Source of the DNA: Balanoglossus misakiensis
Taxonomy: Eukaryota > Animalia > Hemichordata
Reading direction: 5' to 3'
Length of the DNA: 64,000 nt
NCBI GenBank assembly: GCA_040954595.2
Contig: CM082582.2
Coordinates: 3,146,303-3,210,302 of the forward strand
Below the pieces are notes generated by a model. That model was not told the DNA's origin and ran no database searches. It saw nothing but the letters and a program-made list of their open reading frames with translations. The number at the start of each line of letters is the position of its first letter. Positions within the stretch are counted from its first letter, which is position 1. Shown one piece after another: positions 23,119 through 32,142 of this stretch. Both the position numbers and the translations under genes were made by a program.

Positions 23119-25152
23119 ATGGCTAAGGTGTACATTAACCACTGTACTTTGGATGAGTTGATTACCATCTATGGGATTGGAAGAGCATCGGCCAAAACCT
23201 TGCTAACTGAACGAGAACGGATGGGAAACCTTACATGGGAACATGTTATGGCCCTGCCCCACATCAGCATCTCGGAAGATTTCAAGGCTCGTGTCGATTT
23301 TTCACCGTTCGGGCCGCCATCCGATGTGGAATTGGAGGATGCAAGCTTCATGGTTTCACCGGCTAAGCTGCCCGAACCTCCAGCAACCCCAAGGTCATCG
23401 CGGAGGGATCCTACCATCGATAACGTGGTAAAGAAGATTGATGAGTTATCCATGCCACCGTCATCAAGGAGGAGTGTTGTGCGTGGTCTGGATGGTCCTG
23501 GGTCGGATGTTGGACAGATGTCATTTGATGATGATTTTGCGTGCGCGGGCCCAGCGGTCATGGTCCCACCAGGGTCTGCAATTGCTGCACCATCCGTCGC
23601 GTTCACTCCAGCATCCGGAACGGTTCCTAGAAGATCACTGCGTACACCACAAGTCACCGGCAGCACTCCACCGATGGAAACGATGACGACCTCTGCGCTG
23701 CCCACTTATGCACGACAATCAGCTCCGGTGGTTAATACCCCATGGTCACATTCTCGTTCGCAATCACCTGTTCCAGCTGCACCAGGAACTGTTGTGACCC
23801 CTTCCGCTTTTCAGCAATCGGTGCCTGTGACTGGACACCCCCGGGGTGTTCCACCATCGGTTCCGTATTGTGGAGAGCGGTCTGGCCCACAAACCTCCTC
23901 TGTCCAGTGGCATTTTGTTCCATCGTTGGGTGGGTATTTTCCTGTCACCCTACCACCGATGGTGGCGCAATCCTATACTGGTCATCCTATAGCTCACCCT
24001 GGAATGCCATCATCATCTGTGCATGGCAGTGCACCGCATACATTCACCCAGGGTTTACATTCATTGGATAGAACAGCTAATCCGCCTATGAATGTTCCGT
24101 CTGCAACTTCGCAGCACTTTGGATCGGGTGACCGGGCATATGGGTTGACACCAGGCATGCTTGCTGGAACATCTTCAAGACAGAATGTTCATTCCGAAAA
24201 TACCCTTCCAAGAATCCATGCACCAAGACATCAGGGGGCAGACGCTATCCAACCCCGGCATTTCCCCAAAAATCTGTATTTTAATGGGGAGGGAAGTTGG
24301 AAATCCTTTGTCATGAGATTTTCCAAATATGCAACTTCCCAGGGTTGGTCAGCCGATGTACGACGTGAGCAACTGTGCTGGTGTCTGGATGGAGAAGCTG
24401 GGGACTGTTACACCATCATTCTGGAGAACGAACCGAATATTCGTTACATGGATCTGTTGCTCAAACTGGAGCAACGCTTTGGTTATAAAGAACTGCCAGA
24501 GACAGCCCATTTGGATTTCCTGCAACAGAAACAGGAACCCAACGAGCCTCTGAACAAATGGGCTGATAGGATCCTAACTGTAGCTACCAACGCATACAGC
24601 AGAGTATCCGATTCGTTTATGATGGAACAGGCTGTTTTACGTTTTTGTCAGGGGTGTATTGACAAGCACGCTGGGCAGTATGCCGCCAATAACTACCCTC
24701 GGTCGATGGAACAGGCTATCAACCTAATAAAATGGCATCAATACAATCGCCGAGCCATTTTTGACCGACCACCACCACCTCGGGTTCGGTATGTAAGCCA
24801 GGATTCTCCTCAGACCGGGGAGGAAGCTATTGAGGTAAAAGCCGTGTCTACCACCCCTCCAGGGACGTCAAAGCAGGCCTCTCCCATTGGTGAACTGGAG
24901 CGACGGATGTCACGAATGGAGCGCCACCTAACGGACCTTACATCTACCTTAAATAAGATGGCTCTTCAACTTGAGGGTTTGGTTAGTGCACGATCAAGAT
25001 CTCCTTCTCCCAGTAGGTCCAACTGCTACCGCTGCGGAAAACCTGGACATTTTCAACGGGACTGCACTGCCTCACCTTCACGTCGCTTCACCTCCCCAGA
25101 GCGTAGGGTATCCTTTTCGGAACCCCCAAACGGGAAGGGGTCCATAGATTAG
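23119..25152 (+). CDS. gag: Gag with N-terminal ComEA-like helix-hairpin-helix, Pro/Ser-rich linker, capsid region and CCHC knuckle
   Basis: INHCTLDELITIYGIGRASAKTLLTERERMG (HhH-like); FNGEGSWKSFVMRF...CLDGEAG...LEQRFG...QEPNEPL (capsid); CYRCGKPGHFQRDC. Confidence 0.93.
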   Translation: MAKVYINHCTLDELITIYGIGRASAKTLLTERERMGNLTWEHVMALPHISISEDFKARVDFSPFGPPSDVELEDASFMVSPAKLPEPPATPRSSRRDPTIDNVVKKIDELSMPPSSRRSVVRGLDGPGSDVGQMSFDDDFACAGPAVMVPPGSAIAAPSVAFTPASGTVPRRSLRTPQVTGSTPPMETMTTSALPTYARQSAPVVNTPWSHSRSQSPVPAAPGTVVTPSAFQQSVPVTGHPRGVPPSVPYCGERSGPQTSSVQWHFVPSLGGYFPVTLPPMVAQSYTGHPIAHPGMPSSSVHGSAPHTFTQGLHSLDRTANPPMNVPSATSQHFGSGDRAYGLTPGMLAGTSSRQNVHSENTLPRIHAPRHQGADAIQPRHFPKNLYFNGEGSWKSFVMRFSKYATSQGWSADVRREQLCWCLDGEAGDCYTIILENEPNIRYMDLLLKLEQRFGYKELPETAHLDFLQQKQEPNEPLNKWADRILTVATNAYSRVSDSFMMEQAVLRFCQGCIDKHAGQYAANNYPRSMEQAINLIKWHQYNRRAIFDRPPPPRVRYVSQDSPQTGEEAIEVKAVSTTPPGTSKQASPIGELERRMSRMERHLTDLTSTLNKMALQLEGLVSARSRSPSPSRSNCYRCGKPGHFQRDCTASPSRRFTSPERRVSFSEPPNGKGSID

Positions 25153-25183
25153 GCCTGGAGGTGACCCCCAGATCGACAGGCCA
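25125..25183 (+). promoter_or_regulatory. -1 ribosomal frameshift signal (slippery heptamer plus putative pseudoknot)
   Basis: C CCA AAC in gag phase at 25125-25131; pol is in the -1 frame; stems GGGGTC/GACCCC and GGCCTG/CAGGCC cross each other. Confidence 0.7.
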
Positions 25184-28100
25184 CCACCATCATAGTGATG
25201 TTATCCCTTCATCCATCCAAAAGAGCGGGGTGTTTCCTCCAGAGGTAACTCGGAAGGAGCGCCACGTTTTGAGGGTGGTAGGAGACGGTAACATTGCGTT
25301 GTCTTCCGTAGATGGGGTTAACGATTCACATGAATTGTTAACTATTTGTCAATTGCGTTCCGGTAAAATGTACCGCGTTCCACTTCGGATACAAGGACAT
25401 GATACCCAAGCGATAATTGATACCGCTTCGGAAGTAACTATCATTTCTGATAAGTTCTTTGACCAGTTAGATGTTAAACCGCCCATTATTAACCAAGTGA
25501 CCTTCCAAACTGCCGGAAGGGAGCTGAAGATGAAGGGGTTTTTGGTGGGTCCGGTTGACATCCGATTGGGAAAAGGTCTATACTCGGAGCGAGTCTATGT
25601 GGCTCCCATTGAGGACGAAATGCTCCTAGGCATCGACTTTGTTAGGTCTCATGGGGTCCATCTAGATTTACTCAACAACATTCTTCGGATTGAGGATGAA
25701 ATAATACCCTTGCAGTTTGGTACAGTAATAGGGGAACCCAAGATTGCAAAAGTCTCTCTCTTGCATAGGGTAAGGATCCCACCAAATACTGTAATTAGAC
25801 TGCCATGTGCTATGCGTGACTCCATGTCTGAGTATGTGGTTGAATCAACAGAAGATCTACTGGTAATGATACCACGTACACTCCATTCAGGAGGACAGAC
25901 ACCTAAAGTTTGCATAGTCAACCCTACTGATGAGTTTGTGACCCTTCGAAGAGGCAAGGTCATCGCTCATGCGGTAGAGGTAGGGGCTGTTTCACTTCAA
26001 CCTGTCGAATCCAAGGAAAGGAACGGAGAAACAGAGAAGGACGAAATCCCTGTACATCTTCATGATCTCTTGGAGAGGTCTGGCATCCATCTACAAGATG
26101 AAGAAAAAGCTCGAGTGCAAGATCTACTTATCGAGTATGAAGATGTGTTTGCCAAAACCGAATTTGATCTGGGGAACTTCACCACCATTCAACATCAGAT
26201 CGACACCGGTGATTCCAAGCCAGTCAAACAGCGGATGCGCCGGACACCCATGTGTTTTGCGCAGGAAGAAGAGGCACATCTTCAAAAGATGCTAGATGCA
26301 GGGGTTATCCAACCTTCTATTTCCGAGTGGGCTTCTGCTCCAGTACTAGTGAGAAAACGTGATGGGGGAGTTCGTTGGTGTGTCGATTATCGTGCATTAA
26401 ATGATCACACGACCAAAGATGTCTACCCTCTACCTCTGATTGAAGAATGTCTGGATACATTGGCAGGACAAACGTGGTTTTCAAAATTGGATGCAAACTC
26501 AGCATATTGGCAGATTAGAATCAAGGAAGAAGACCAGAAGAAAACTGCCTTCACCACCAAATATGGTTTGTTTGAATTCAATAGAATGCCCTTTGGTCTC
26601 TGCAATGCTCCAGCCACATTCTCCAGAGTCATCAATCTAGTACTCAGAGGTCTTACTTGGGATATCGTGTTAGCCTTCATTGATGACATTCTCGTGCTTG
26701 GGACTTCATTCGACAACCATCTGACCTACTTGCGGAAAGTTTTTGATCGACTGCGTCACTACCAACTAAAACTGAAACCCAAGAAGTGCGATCTCTTTCA
26801 AAGAGAAGTCGTCTTCTTGGGGCGCATCATCAGGAACGGCAATGTGGAGTTGGATAAAAGTTCCATTCGAGCAGTCAAGGATTGGCCCGTACCTAAGAAC
26901 ACCAAAGATGTTGAGAAGTTTTTGGGATTGGCCAATTACCATCGAGCTTTCATCAAAGATTTCGCTAATACGGCTGTTCCTCTCTATGGTGTTACCGGGA
27001 AAAGAGCTTTCATTTGGGGTCAGGAACAACAGCAGGCTTTTGACACATTGAAAGAGGCTTTGTTGTCTGCCCCTGTGCTCGCTTTGCCCAGCAACACCGA
27101 TCCTTTTATTTTAGATACCGATGCATCGGACTTCGCCATTGGAGCTGAATTATTGCAATTGCAGAATGGGGAGGAAAAAGTAATTTCTTATGGAAGTTAT
27201 GCCCTTACCCCTGAGCAACGACGCTATTGTACTACCAGGAAGGAGCTGCTAGCAGAGGTACGGTTTACTCGCCAGTACCGTCATTTTCTGTTGGGGAACC
27301 AATTTACTATCAGAACCGACCATAGCAGTCTTGTCTGGCTCCTACGGTTCAAGGACCCCCAAGGACAACTGGCGAGGTGGCTGGAAGAACTTAGCCAATA
27401 CAACATGACCGTACAACACCGACCTGGGAAGAAGCACAGTAACGCCGATGCTTTATCACGCCAGCCCCATGGTGAAGTTTGCTGCGATTTTTCCATCGAA
27501 GTTAGACCAGGAAATCTACCCTGTGGGGGATGTTACTACTGTACTCGTGCACATGACAATTGGGCTCGTTTTACCAGTGATGTGGATGATGTAGTACCAC
27601 TAGTCTCATTTCCTTATCAGGGCAAGGACACCGAATCGACCCTCAAGGTTGCTCAACTGCAAGTCACCAACCAGTTTCCAAAATGGCCATGGGAATCGGA
27701 TTTCATCTGCTGGGATCCTTTATCTCCTGAGGATGGTACTATTAGTGACCTGGATACTATGTACCCCTCAGTTGAGATAATTAAAACCGTATCCTCCCCA
27801 AAATGTTGTGTTGTTACACGGTTTCACCAAGACACCCAAGGCAGCACCTTTTTGGGGTATACGACCAAAGAAATCGGTCAGGCCCAGCAACAGGATGCAG
27901 ATCTGATTTTTCTGTGGCCATGGCTTACATCGAAAGTGGAACCAAGCAGTAATGAGATATTCTTGTCTTCTCCAGCAGCCAAGTATTATTGGATTAACAG
28001 GGATATCTTCTTTATTGAAAATGGGACCATATGGAGGAAACTGGATGACAGTGTGACCCTGGTTGTGCCCAGATCGCTGCAGTTGGAGGTCATGGAGTTA

Positions 28101-29360
28101 AATCACAACATTCCTGCTGCAGGACATCAGGGGATTACCAGGACTCAAGCCAAACTCAGGGAGAAATATTTCTGGTATGGTATGTCTCGAGATATCAACC
28201 GGTTTATTACTTCTTGTAGTGTCTGTGCAACTAGCAAGAAACCTGTGCGTCGATCCCGATTCCCGTTAACCAAGTTCCATGCTGGCGCCCCTATGGAGCG
28301 TGTCCATCTGGATTTCCTGGGCCCACTACCTCAAACAGCACGAGGGAATGAGTGTGTTCTTGTAATGGTTGACCAGTTCACGAAATGGGTGGAGTGCATA
28401 CCACTTCCATCCCAAACCGCGGAAATAACAGCACATGCAGCCGTGGAAAACTTCTTTTCGCGATTTGGTTATCCATTTGAGATCTGCACTGACCAGGGCG
28501 CTAACTTCGAGAGTAAACTGTTCTCCGCAATTTGTGACGTGCTACACATTCACAAGACCCGGACTACACCCTACCGGCCCTCCGCAAATGGACAAGTGGA
28601 GCGGGCCAACAGAAGTATAATGGATGCAGTTCGATGTTTTGTGGACAAAACTCAGCGAAACTGGGATGTGTATCTATCACAAATTGCTGGAGCTCTCCGG
28701 TCCTGTATCAATAGACATACAGGATTCACCCCCAATAAGCTAATGCTTGGTCGTGAAGTCAATCAACCTTCCGACCTCGTATTTGGCTTATCATCAGTCA
28801 AAGGTAAGGATCCGCAGGACCATGTCTGTGAGCTTGAGTCCGCTATCAAGCTTGCGCATGAGATAGCAAGGACCAAACTTCAATCTACCCAAGAAGTAAT
28901 GAAGAGGAATTATGATTTAAGGGTAAACCTTTATTCTTACGAGGTAGGGAATTGCGTTTACATGCTTGAATCTGCAGTAGGAAAAGGGAAAAGCCGGAAA
29001 TTAAGTCGTCCGTGGAAAGGACCTGGGATTATAATCAACAAGTTAACACCATACTTGTATAAGGTAAAATTCCAGCGGGCCATAGTAACTGCCCACCATG
29101 ATCGGCTTAAGCTATGTCGGAGCCGAGACCTGCCCCAATGGGTCATGAGGTATCAAGAAAATCTCAAACGGCATAGTACAGGTAAGGCAGAGATCGCCGA
29201 TGTATCATCGACACTATATTGTGTTTGTCGGAAGCCCTATCGTGGTGAGTTCATGATCCAGTGTGATGCTTGCTCGGAGTGGTACCATGGACACTGCGTT
29301 GGGGTGACGACCAGGGATGCGCGGAGGATTTCTGTTTATACTTGTCCGGCATGTTCTTAA
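25161..29360 (+). CDS. pol: Pol polyprotein: protease, RT, RNase H, integrase, C-terminal PHD finger
   Basis: AIIDTASE (PR); VDYRALN, MPFGL, FIDD (RT); LDTDAS, RKELLA, RTDH (RH); H-x6-H...CSVC, HLDF, TDQG, NGQVER (IN); YCVCRKPY...MIQCDACSEWYHGHCVG...YTCPAC (PHD). No stops in 1399 codons. Confidence 0.97.
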   Translation: MTPRSTGHHHHSDVIPSSIQKSGVFPPEVTRKERHVLRVVGDGNIALSSVDGVNDSHELLTICQLRSGKMYRVPLRIQGHDTQAIIDTASEVTIISDKFFDQLDVKPPIINQVTFQTAGRELKMKGFLVGPVDIRLGKGLYSERVYVAPIEDEMLLGIDFVRSHGVHLDLLNNILRIEDEIIPLQFGTVIGEPKIAKVSLLHRVRIPPNTVIRLPCAMRDSMSEYVVESTEDLLVMIPRTLHSGGQTPKVCIVNPTDEFVTLRRGKVIAHAVEVGAVSLQPVESKERNGETEKDEIPVHLHDLLERSGIHLQDEEKARVQDLLIEYEDVFAKTEFDLGNFTTIQHQIDTGDSKPVKQRMRRTPMCFAQEEEAHLQKMLDAGVIQPSISEWASAPVLVRKRDGGVRWCVDYRALNDHTTKDVYPLPLIEECLDTLAGQTWFSKLDANSAYWQIRIKEEDQKKTAFTTKYGLFEFNRMPFGLCNAPATFSRVINLVLRGLTWDIVLAFIDDILVLGTSFDNHLTYLRKVFDRLRHYQLKLKPKKCDLFQREVVFLGRIIRNGNVELDKSSIRAVKDWPVPKNTKDVEKFLGLANYHRAFIKDFANTAVPLYGVTGKRAFIWGQEQQQAFDTLKEALLSAPVLALPSNTDPFILDTDASDFAIGAELLQLQNGEEKVISYGSYALTPEQRRYCTTRKELLAEVRFTRQYRHFLLGNQFTIRTDHSSLVWLLRFKDPQGQLARWLEELSQYNMTVQHRPGKKHSNADALSRQPHGEVCCDFSIEVRPGNLPCGGCYYCTRAHDNWARFTSDVDDVVPLVSFPYQGKDTESTLKVAQLQVTNQFPKWPWESDFICWDPLSPEDGTISDLDTMYPSVEIIKTVSSPKCCVVTRFHQDTQGSTFLGYTTKEIGQAQQQDADLIFLWPWLTSKVEPSSNEIFLSSPAAKYYWINRDIFFIENGTIWRKLDDSVTLVVPRSLQLEVMELNHNIPAAGHQGITRTQAKLREKYFWYGMSRDINRFITSCSVCATSKKPVRRSRFPLTKFHAGAPMERVHLDFLGPLPQTARGNECVLVMVDQFTKWVECIPLPSQTAEITAHAAVENFFSRFGYPFEICTDQGANFESKLFSAICDVLHIHKTRTTPYRPSANGQVERANRSIMDAVRCFVDKTQRNWDVYLSQIAGALRSCINRHTGFTPNKLMLGREVNQPSDLVFGLSSVKGKDPQDHVCELESAIKLAHEIARTKLQSTQEVMKRNYDLRVNLYSYEVGNCVYMLESAVGKGKSRKLSRPWKGPGIIINKLTPYLYKVKFQRAIVTAHHDRLKLCRSRDLPQWVMRYQENLKRHSTGKAEIADVSSTLYCVCRKPYRGEFMIQCDACSEWYHGHCVGVTTRDARRISVYTCPACS

Positions 29361-29389
29361 TCTATTGTCTTTCTCTTCATTGTCCACAG
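29355..29389 (+). promoter_or_regulatory. Splice acceptor in front of ORF3
   Basis: cttaat (branch-like) + ctattgtctttctcttcattgtcca (polypyrimidine) + CAG at 29387-29389, followed by ac-ATG-g at 29392. Confidence 0.65.
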
Positions 29390-29391
29390 AC

Positions 29392-31761
29392 ATGGCTTCT
29401 TCGTCTCCTCCCCCTGACTCACCCAAGCGCCAATGGAAGGAGGTCGCTCCGACTGGTCCAAGTGCCGCTCGCCAGCGTCTTAGCCAGGAGATATCCGATG
29501 CTACCACCAATGACTTCCTTTGGCAAGTTCGGGAGCTCGTCAATGGCATCGGGGTTATCTCCATGGGACCTGACCGGTCTGTGGCACAGGGCCAGGAGCT
29601 CCTGATCGGTCAATACACCATAGCAGCCCGGAGGAAGCGATGGGGATGGATCAGAGCCCTGCGCAAAGACGTCGATCTTTGCCTTGGTTTTGATCGCGCT
29701 TGGATTGATGAACATCTTCCTCATCCAAATCCAAGAGAAAACACTTGGTCTGCTCCCCAAAGGTCCAAGAAGTCGGCTTCGTATGAAGTTCCACCTGATG
29801 GTATGTACCGGGACTTCCGTCTTCAGGACCCTGAGCAAGTGGAAAGATGGCAGCGGGAGTCTGTGCACTCAGATATCCCGCAAGAGGTGCTGCCCGCAGC
29901 ACCTCTGCCAGACGTCCAACGCGCTCGGGGGCCGGGGGCGGGGGAACTGGTATGTCCACCGGTTGGATCCATACCGGAGGTGCAACCGGTGTTGGTCTCT
30001 GCCCCGGTGGAGGCAGCGCCGGAAGTACTTCCTGCGCCTATGGAAACGGCTAGCCCGCAACGAGGACCAGCGGTGAGGAAGGCTGTGGTGGCAACCGGCC
30101 GGGGTAAGAAGAAGTCCAGTAAAGGCAAGAAGGGGAAGGGGGTTCTGAATCAGCCTCCTGTTGGCTCCGCAGGGAGTCAGCGGGTGCAACGATCTGGCCC
30201 TCTTTCTCTGGTCGGACCCTTTAGTGAGGCTTTTCTCCCGGTTGGTTTAGGGCAACCCCCTCTCGTTCCTCTTCCCCCAGGCTACCTTGGAATACCGCCG
30301 GCAGGTCATGTTCATTTTCCCTTGCCGGAGTGCACGGAGGTAACTGTGGACCTCAGGGCTCATGTCTTGGGTAAGCATGTTCCTCCGGTACTCCGGGGTG
30401 ATCATCCTTTCGAGGCTTGGAGAGTGTTCCATGCTTTGGGCATTCTTCATTCCTGGATTGTTGGGGGATCACCAGGTTCACCGGCCATGAGCTTGTTGGT
30501 TTATTTCAAGCGGTTTGGCCATGTCTTTCTTCCGCCGGTTTCATCGGTAGAGGAAGAGTATTTTCCTTTGATGCATCAGCTATGTAGGGATTTGGGGTGG
30601 GAGCCCATGCTACGGTTTGGACTCCACCCGCCAAATTCTCCCGCTGTACTCGTTCACTGGAGAGTGCTCTTGGTTTTGCTGGGTTTTCTTTCTCCTTTGC
30701 AGAGAGCGGAGTTTGCATGCCTCTTCAGCGGGGATCGGCAGATTCTGCAGGCCAAGAAAACCAAGCAGAGCCATCCTCTGCCCAGGAAGTCGTGCACTGT
30801 GTCCCGATCACAGGAAGTGCAAGATTTGATTGCCTCGGCAACTGCTTCTGCTTCAGGGAGCCAGAGTTTGGATGTAGGTCCTCACCCGACTAAGTCTAAG
30901 GGTAAGGTGAAATGCGTTGGCAGTGCGGCTTCGCCACTAGGAGCCTTTGATTCTCATTTTCATTTGGATCGATTGACTTCTTCGTGGCGGGGTACTGTCA
31001 CCCGCGTGACATCGGACGTAGTGGTCTCCTCCCCTTCCATGCTGAAATCCCTGACGGGGATTCCCGTATTGGGTGGGGTGGAGGTTTACTGTGACCCTAC
31101 GACTTTTCCCACCAATCTTTCCCGGAGTAAGCGTTGGAAAATTGCTGTGGGAATACATCCCAAACAGGCGGCAACACTGACTGGAAATCGACTGGAGAAG
31201 TTCAAGGAATTAATCCAATCCCCTCAGGTGGCAGCAGTTGGGGAGGTTGGGTTAGATTTCTCTGTTGCGGCAGACAAATGGCCCCTCCAGGAGACCGTGT
31301 TCAGGTTGGCCCTTTCCCTGTGTGATCCACGGAAGGTCCTGGTTCTGCACATCAGAGGAGCTACGGGAGATGTGTGTATTGCTGCTGTCGGGCGTAGGGC
31401 TCTTGAACTCGTTCGTGAGTACTGCGCCAGTGAGCAGTTGATCCACTTCCATGGCTTCACTGGAGATCGTTTTGTGGTCGAGTGCTGGATCAGGGATTAT
31501 CCGTACTGTTACTTCAGCTTTAATGCTGGTGTTAACACTTTTTCTACCCCTCAGCTTGAAGCACTCAGGGCGGTGCCAGAGGATCGTCTTCTCTTGGAGA
31601 CGGACTCCCCGTACTTCCCTGTGGCCAATGGTGCCAAGCCCAACACTCCAGCCTTTATCGGAGATGTTGCTGTCCTGGTTGCGGCGCGGCGGGGGATACC
31701 TCTGAACCAACTACTGGAAGCTGCTGCCAACAACACCAGGCGCTTGTACGGCTTCGACTGA
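29392..31761 (+). CDS. ORF3: unknown N-terminal domains plus C-terminal TatD-family nuclease (~30940-31761)
   Basis: TatD motifs in order: FDSHFHLD, AVGIHP, AVGEVGLDFS, LVLHIRG, IHFHGFTG, YFSF, VPEDRLLLETDSPY, NTP, NTRRLYG. Lies between pol and the PPT/3' LTR. Confidence 0.93.
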   Translation: MASSSPPPDSPKRQWKEVAPTGPSAARQRLSQEISDATTNDFLWQVRELVNGIGVISMGPDRSVAQGQELLIGQYTIAARRKRWGWIRALRKDVDLCLGFDRAWIDEHLPHPNPRENTWSAPQRSKKSASYEVPPDGMYRDFRLQDPEQVERWQRESVHSDIPQEVLPAAPLPDVQRARGPGAGELVCPPVGSIPEVQPVLVSAPVEAAPEVLPAPMETASPQRGPAVRKAVVATGRGKKKSSKGKKGKGVLNQPPVGSAGSQRVQRSGPLSLVGPFSEAFLPVGLGQPPLVPLPPGYLGIPPAGHVHFPLPECTEVTVDLRAHVLGKHVPPVLRGDHPFEAWRVFHALGILHSWIVGGSPGSPAMSLLVYFKRFGHVFLPPVSSVEEEYFPLMHQLCRDLGWEPMLRFGLHPPNSPAVLVHWRVLLVLLGFLSPLQRAEFACLFSGDRQILQAKKTKQSHPLPRKSCTVSRSQEVQDLIASATASASGSQSLDVGPHPTKSKGKVKCVGSAASPLGAFDSHFHLDRLTSSWRGTVTRVTSDVVVSSPSMLKSLTGIPVLGGVEVYCDPTTFPTNLSRSKRWKIAVGIHPKQAATLTGNRLEKFKELIQSPQVAAVGEVGLDFSVAADKWPLQETVFRLALSLCDPRKVLVLHIRGATGDVCIAAVGRRALELVREYCASEQLIHFHGFTGDRFVVECWIRDYPYCYFSFNAGVNTFSTPQLEALRAVPEDRLLLETDSPYFPVANGAKPNTPAFIGDVAVLVAARRGIPLNQLLEAAANNTRRLYGFD

Positions 31762-32142
31762 ACGGGTAATCTTTGGGGGGGTCCTAGGCTGCAGTATTGG
31801 TGTTAGACTGTGAAATCCATATTACATCCGGAGCTGCCTTCCATGGGTCTTTCCCTTTTATCTGGGCCCACGCCACTGGGGATATTTTTGCTTGTTGATT
31901 TTTGTTACTTCCGGTCCCTCCCCAGTGGCAGTAAAATTGTGTTTGCCACCATCGTGTAAGAATCGATCTCGACGGTATGGCTCTAAAAAGTCCCCAAAAG
32001 AGAAAAAAGAAAAACGTGCCATATCCCGGATTGATTCGAATCGGCTGTTCTGTCCATAATCATCTAACCATCTATGAAAGGAATCTCCCAGTTTCCAGAG
32101 ATCCACACGGAACCCATCGCTTCAGAAGAAAACAGGGGAGAG

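Noticed and set aside
23169-31736. Many antisense and alternative-frame ORFs over gag, pol and ORF3
   Set aside because: Shadow ORFs of GC-richer coding sequence with no motifs.
29317-31761. ORF3 as an envelope gene, or TatD as bacterial contamination
   Set aside because: No env hallmarks. TatD is fused in a long ORF inside LTRs with a TSD, in intron-rich flanks, with no bacterial operon context.
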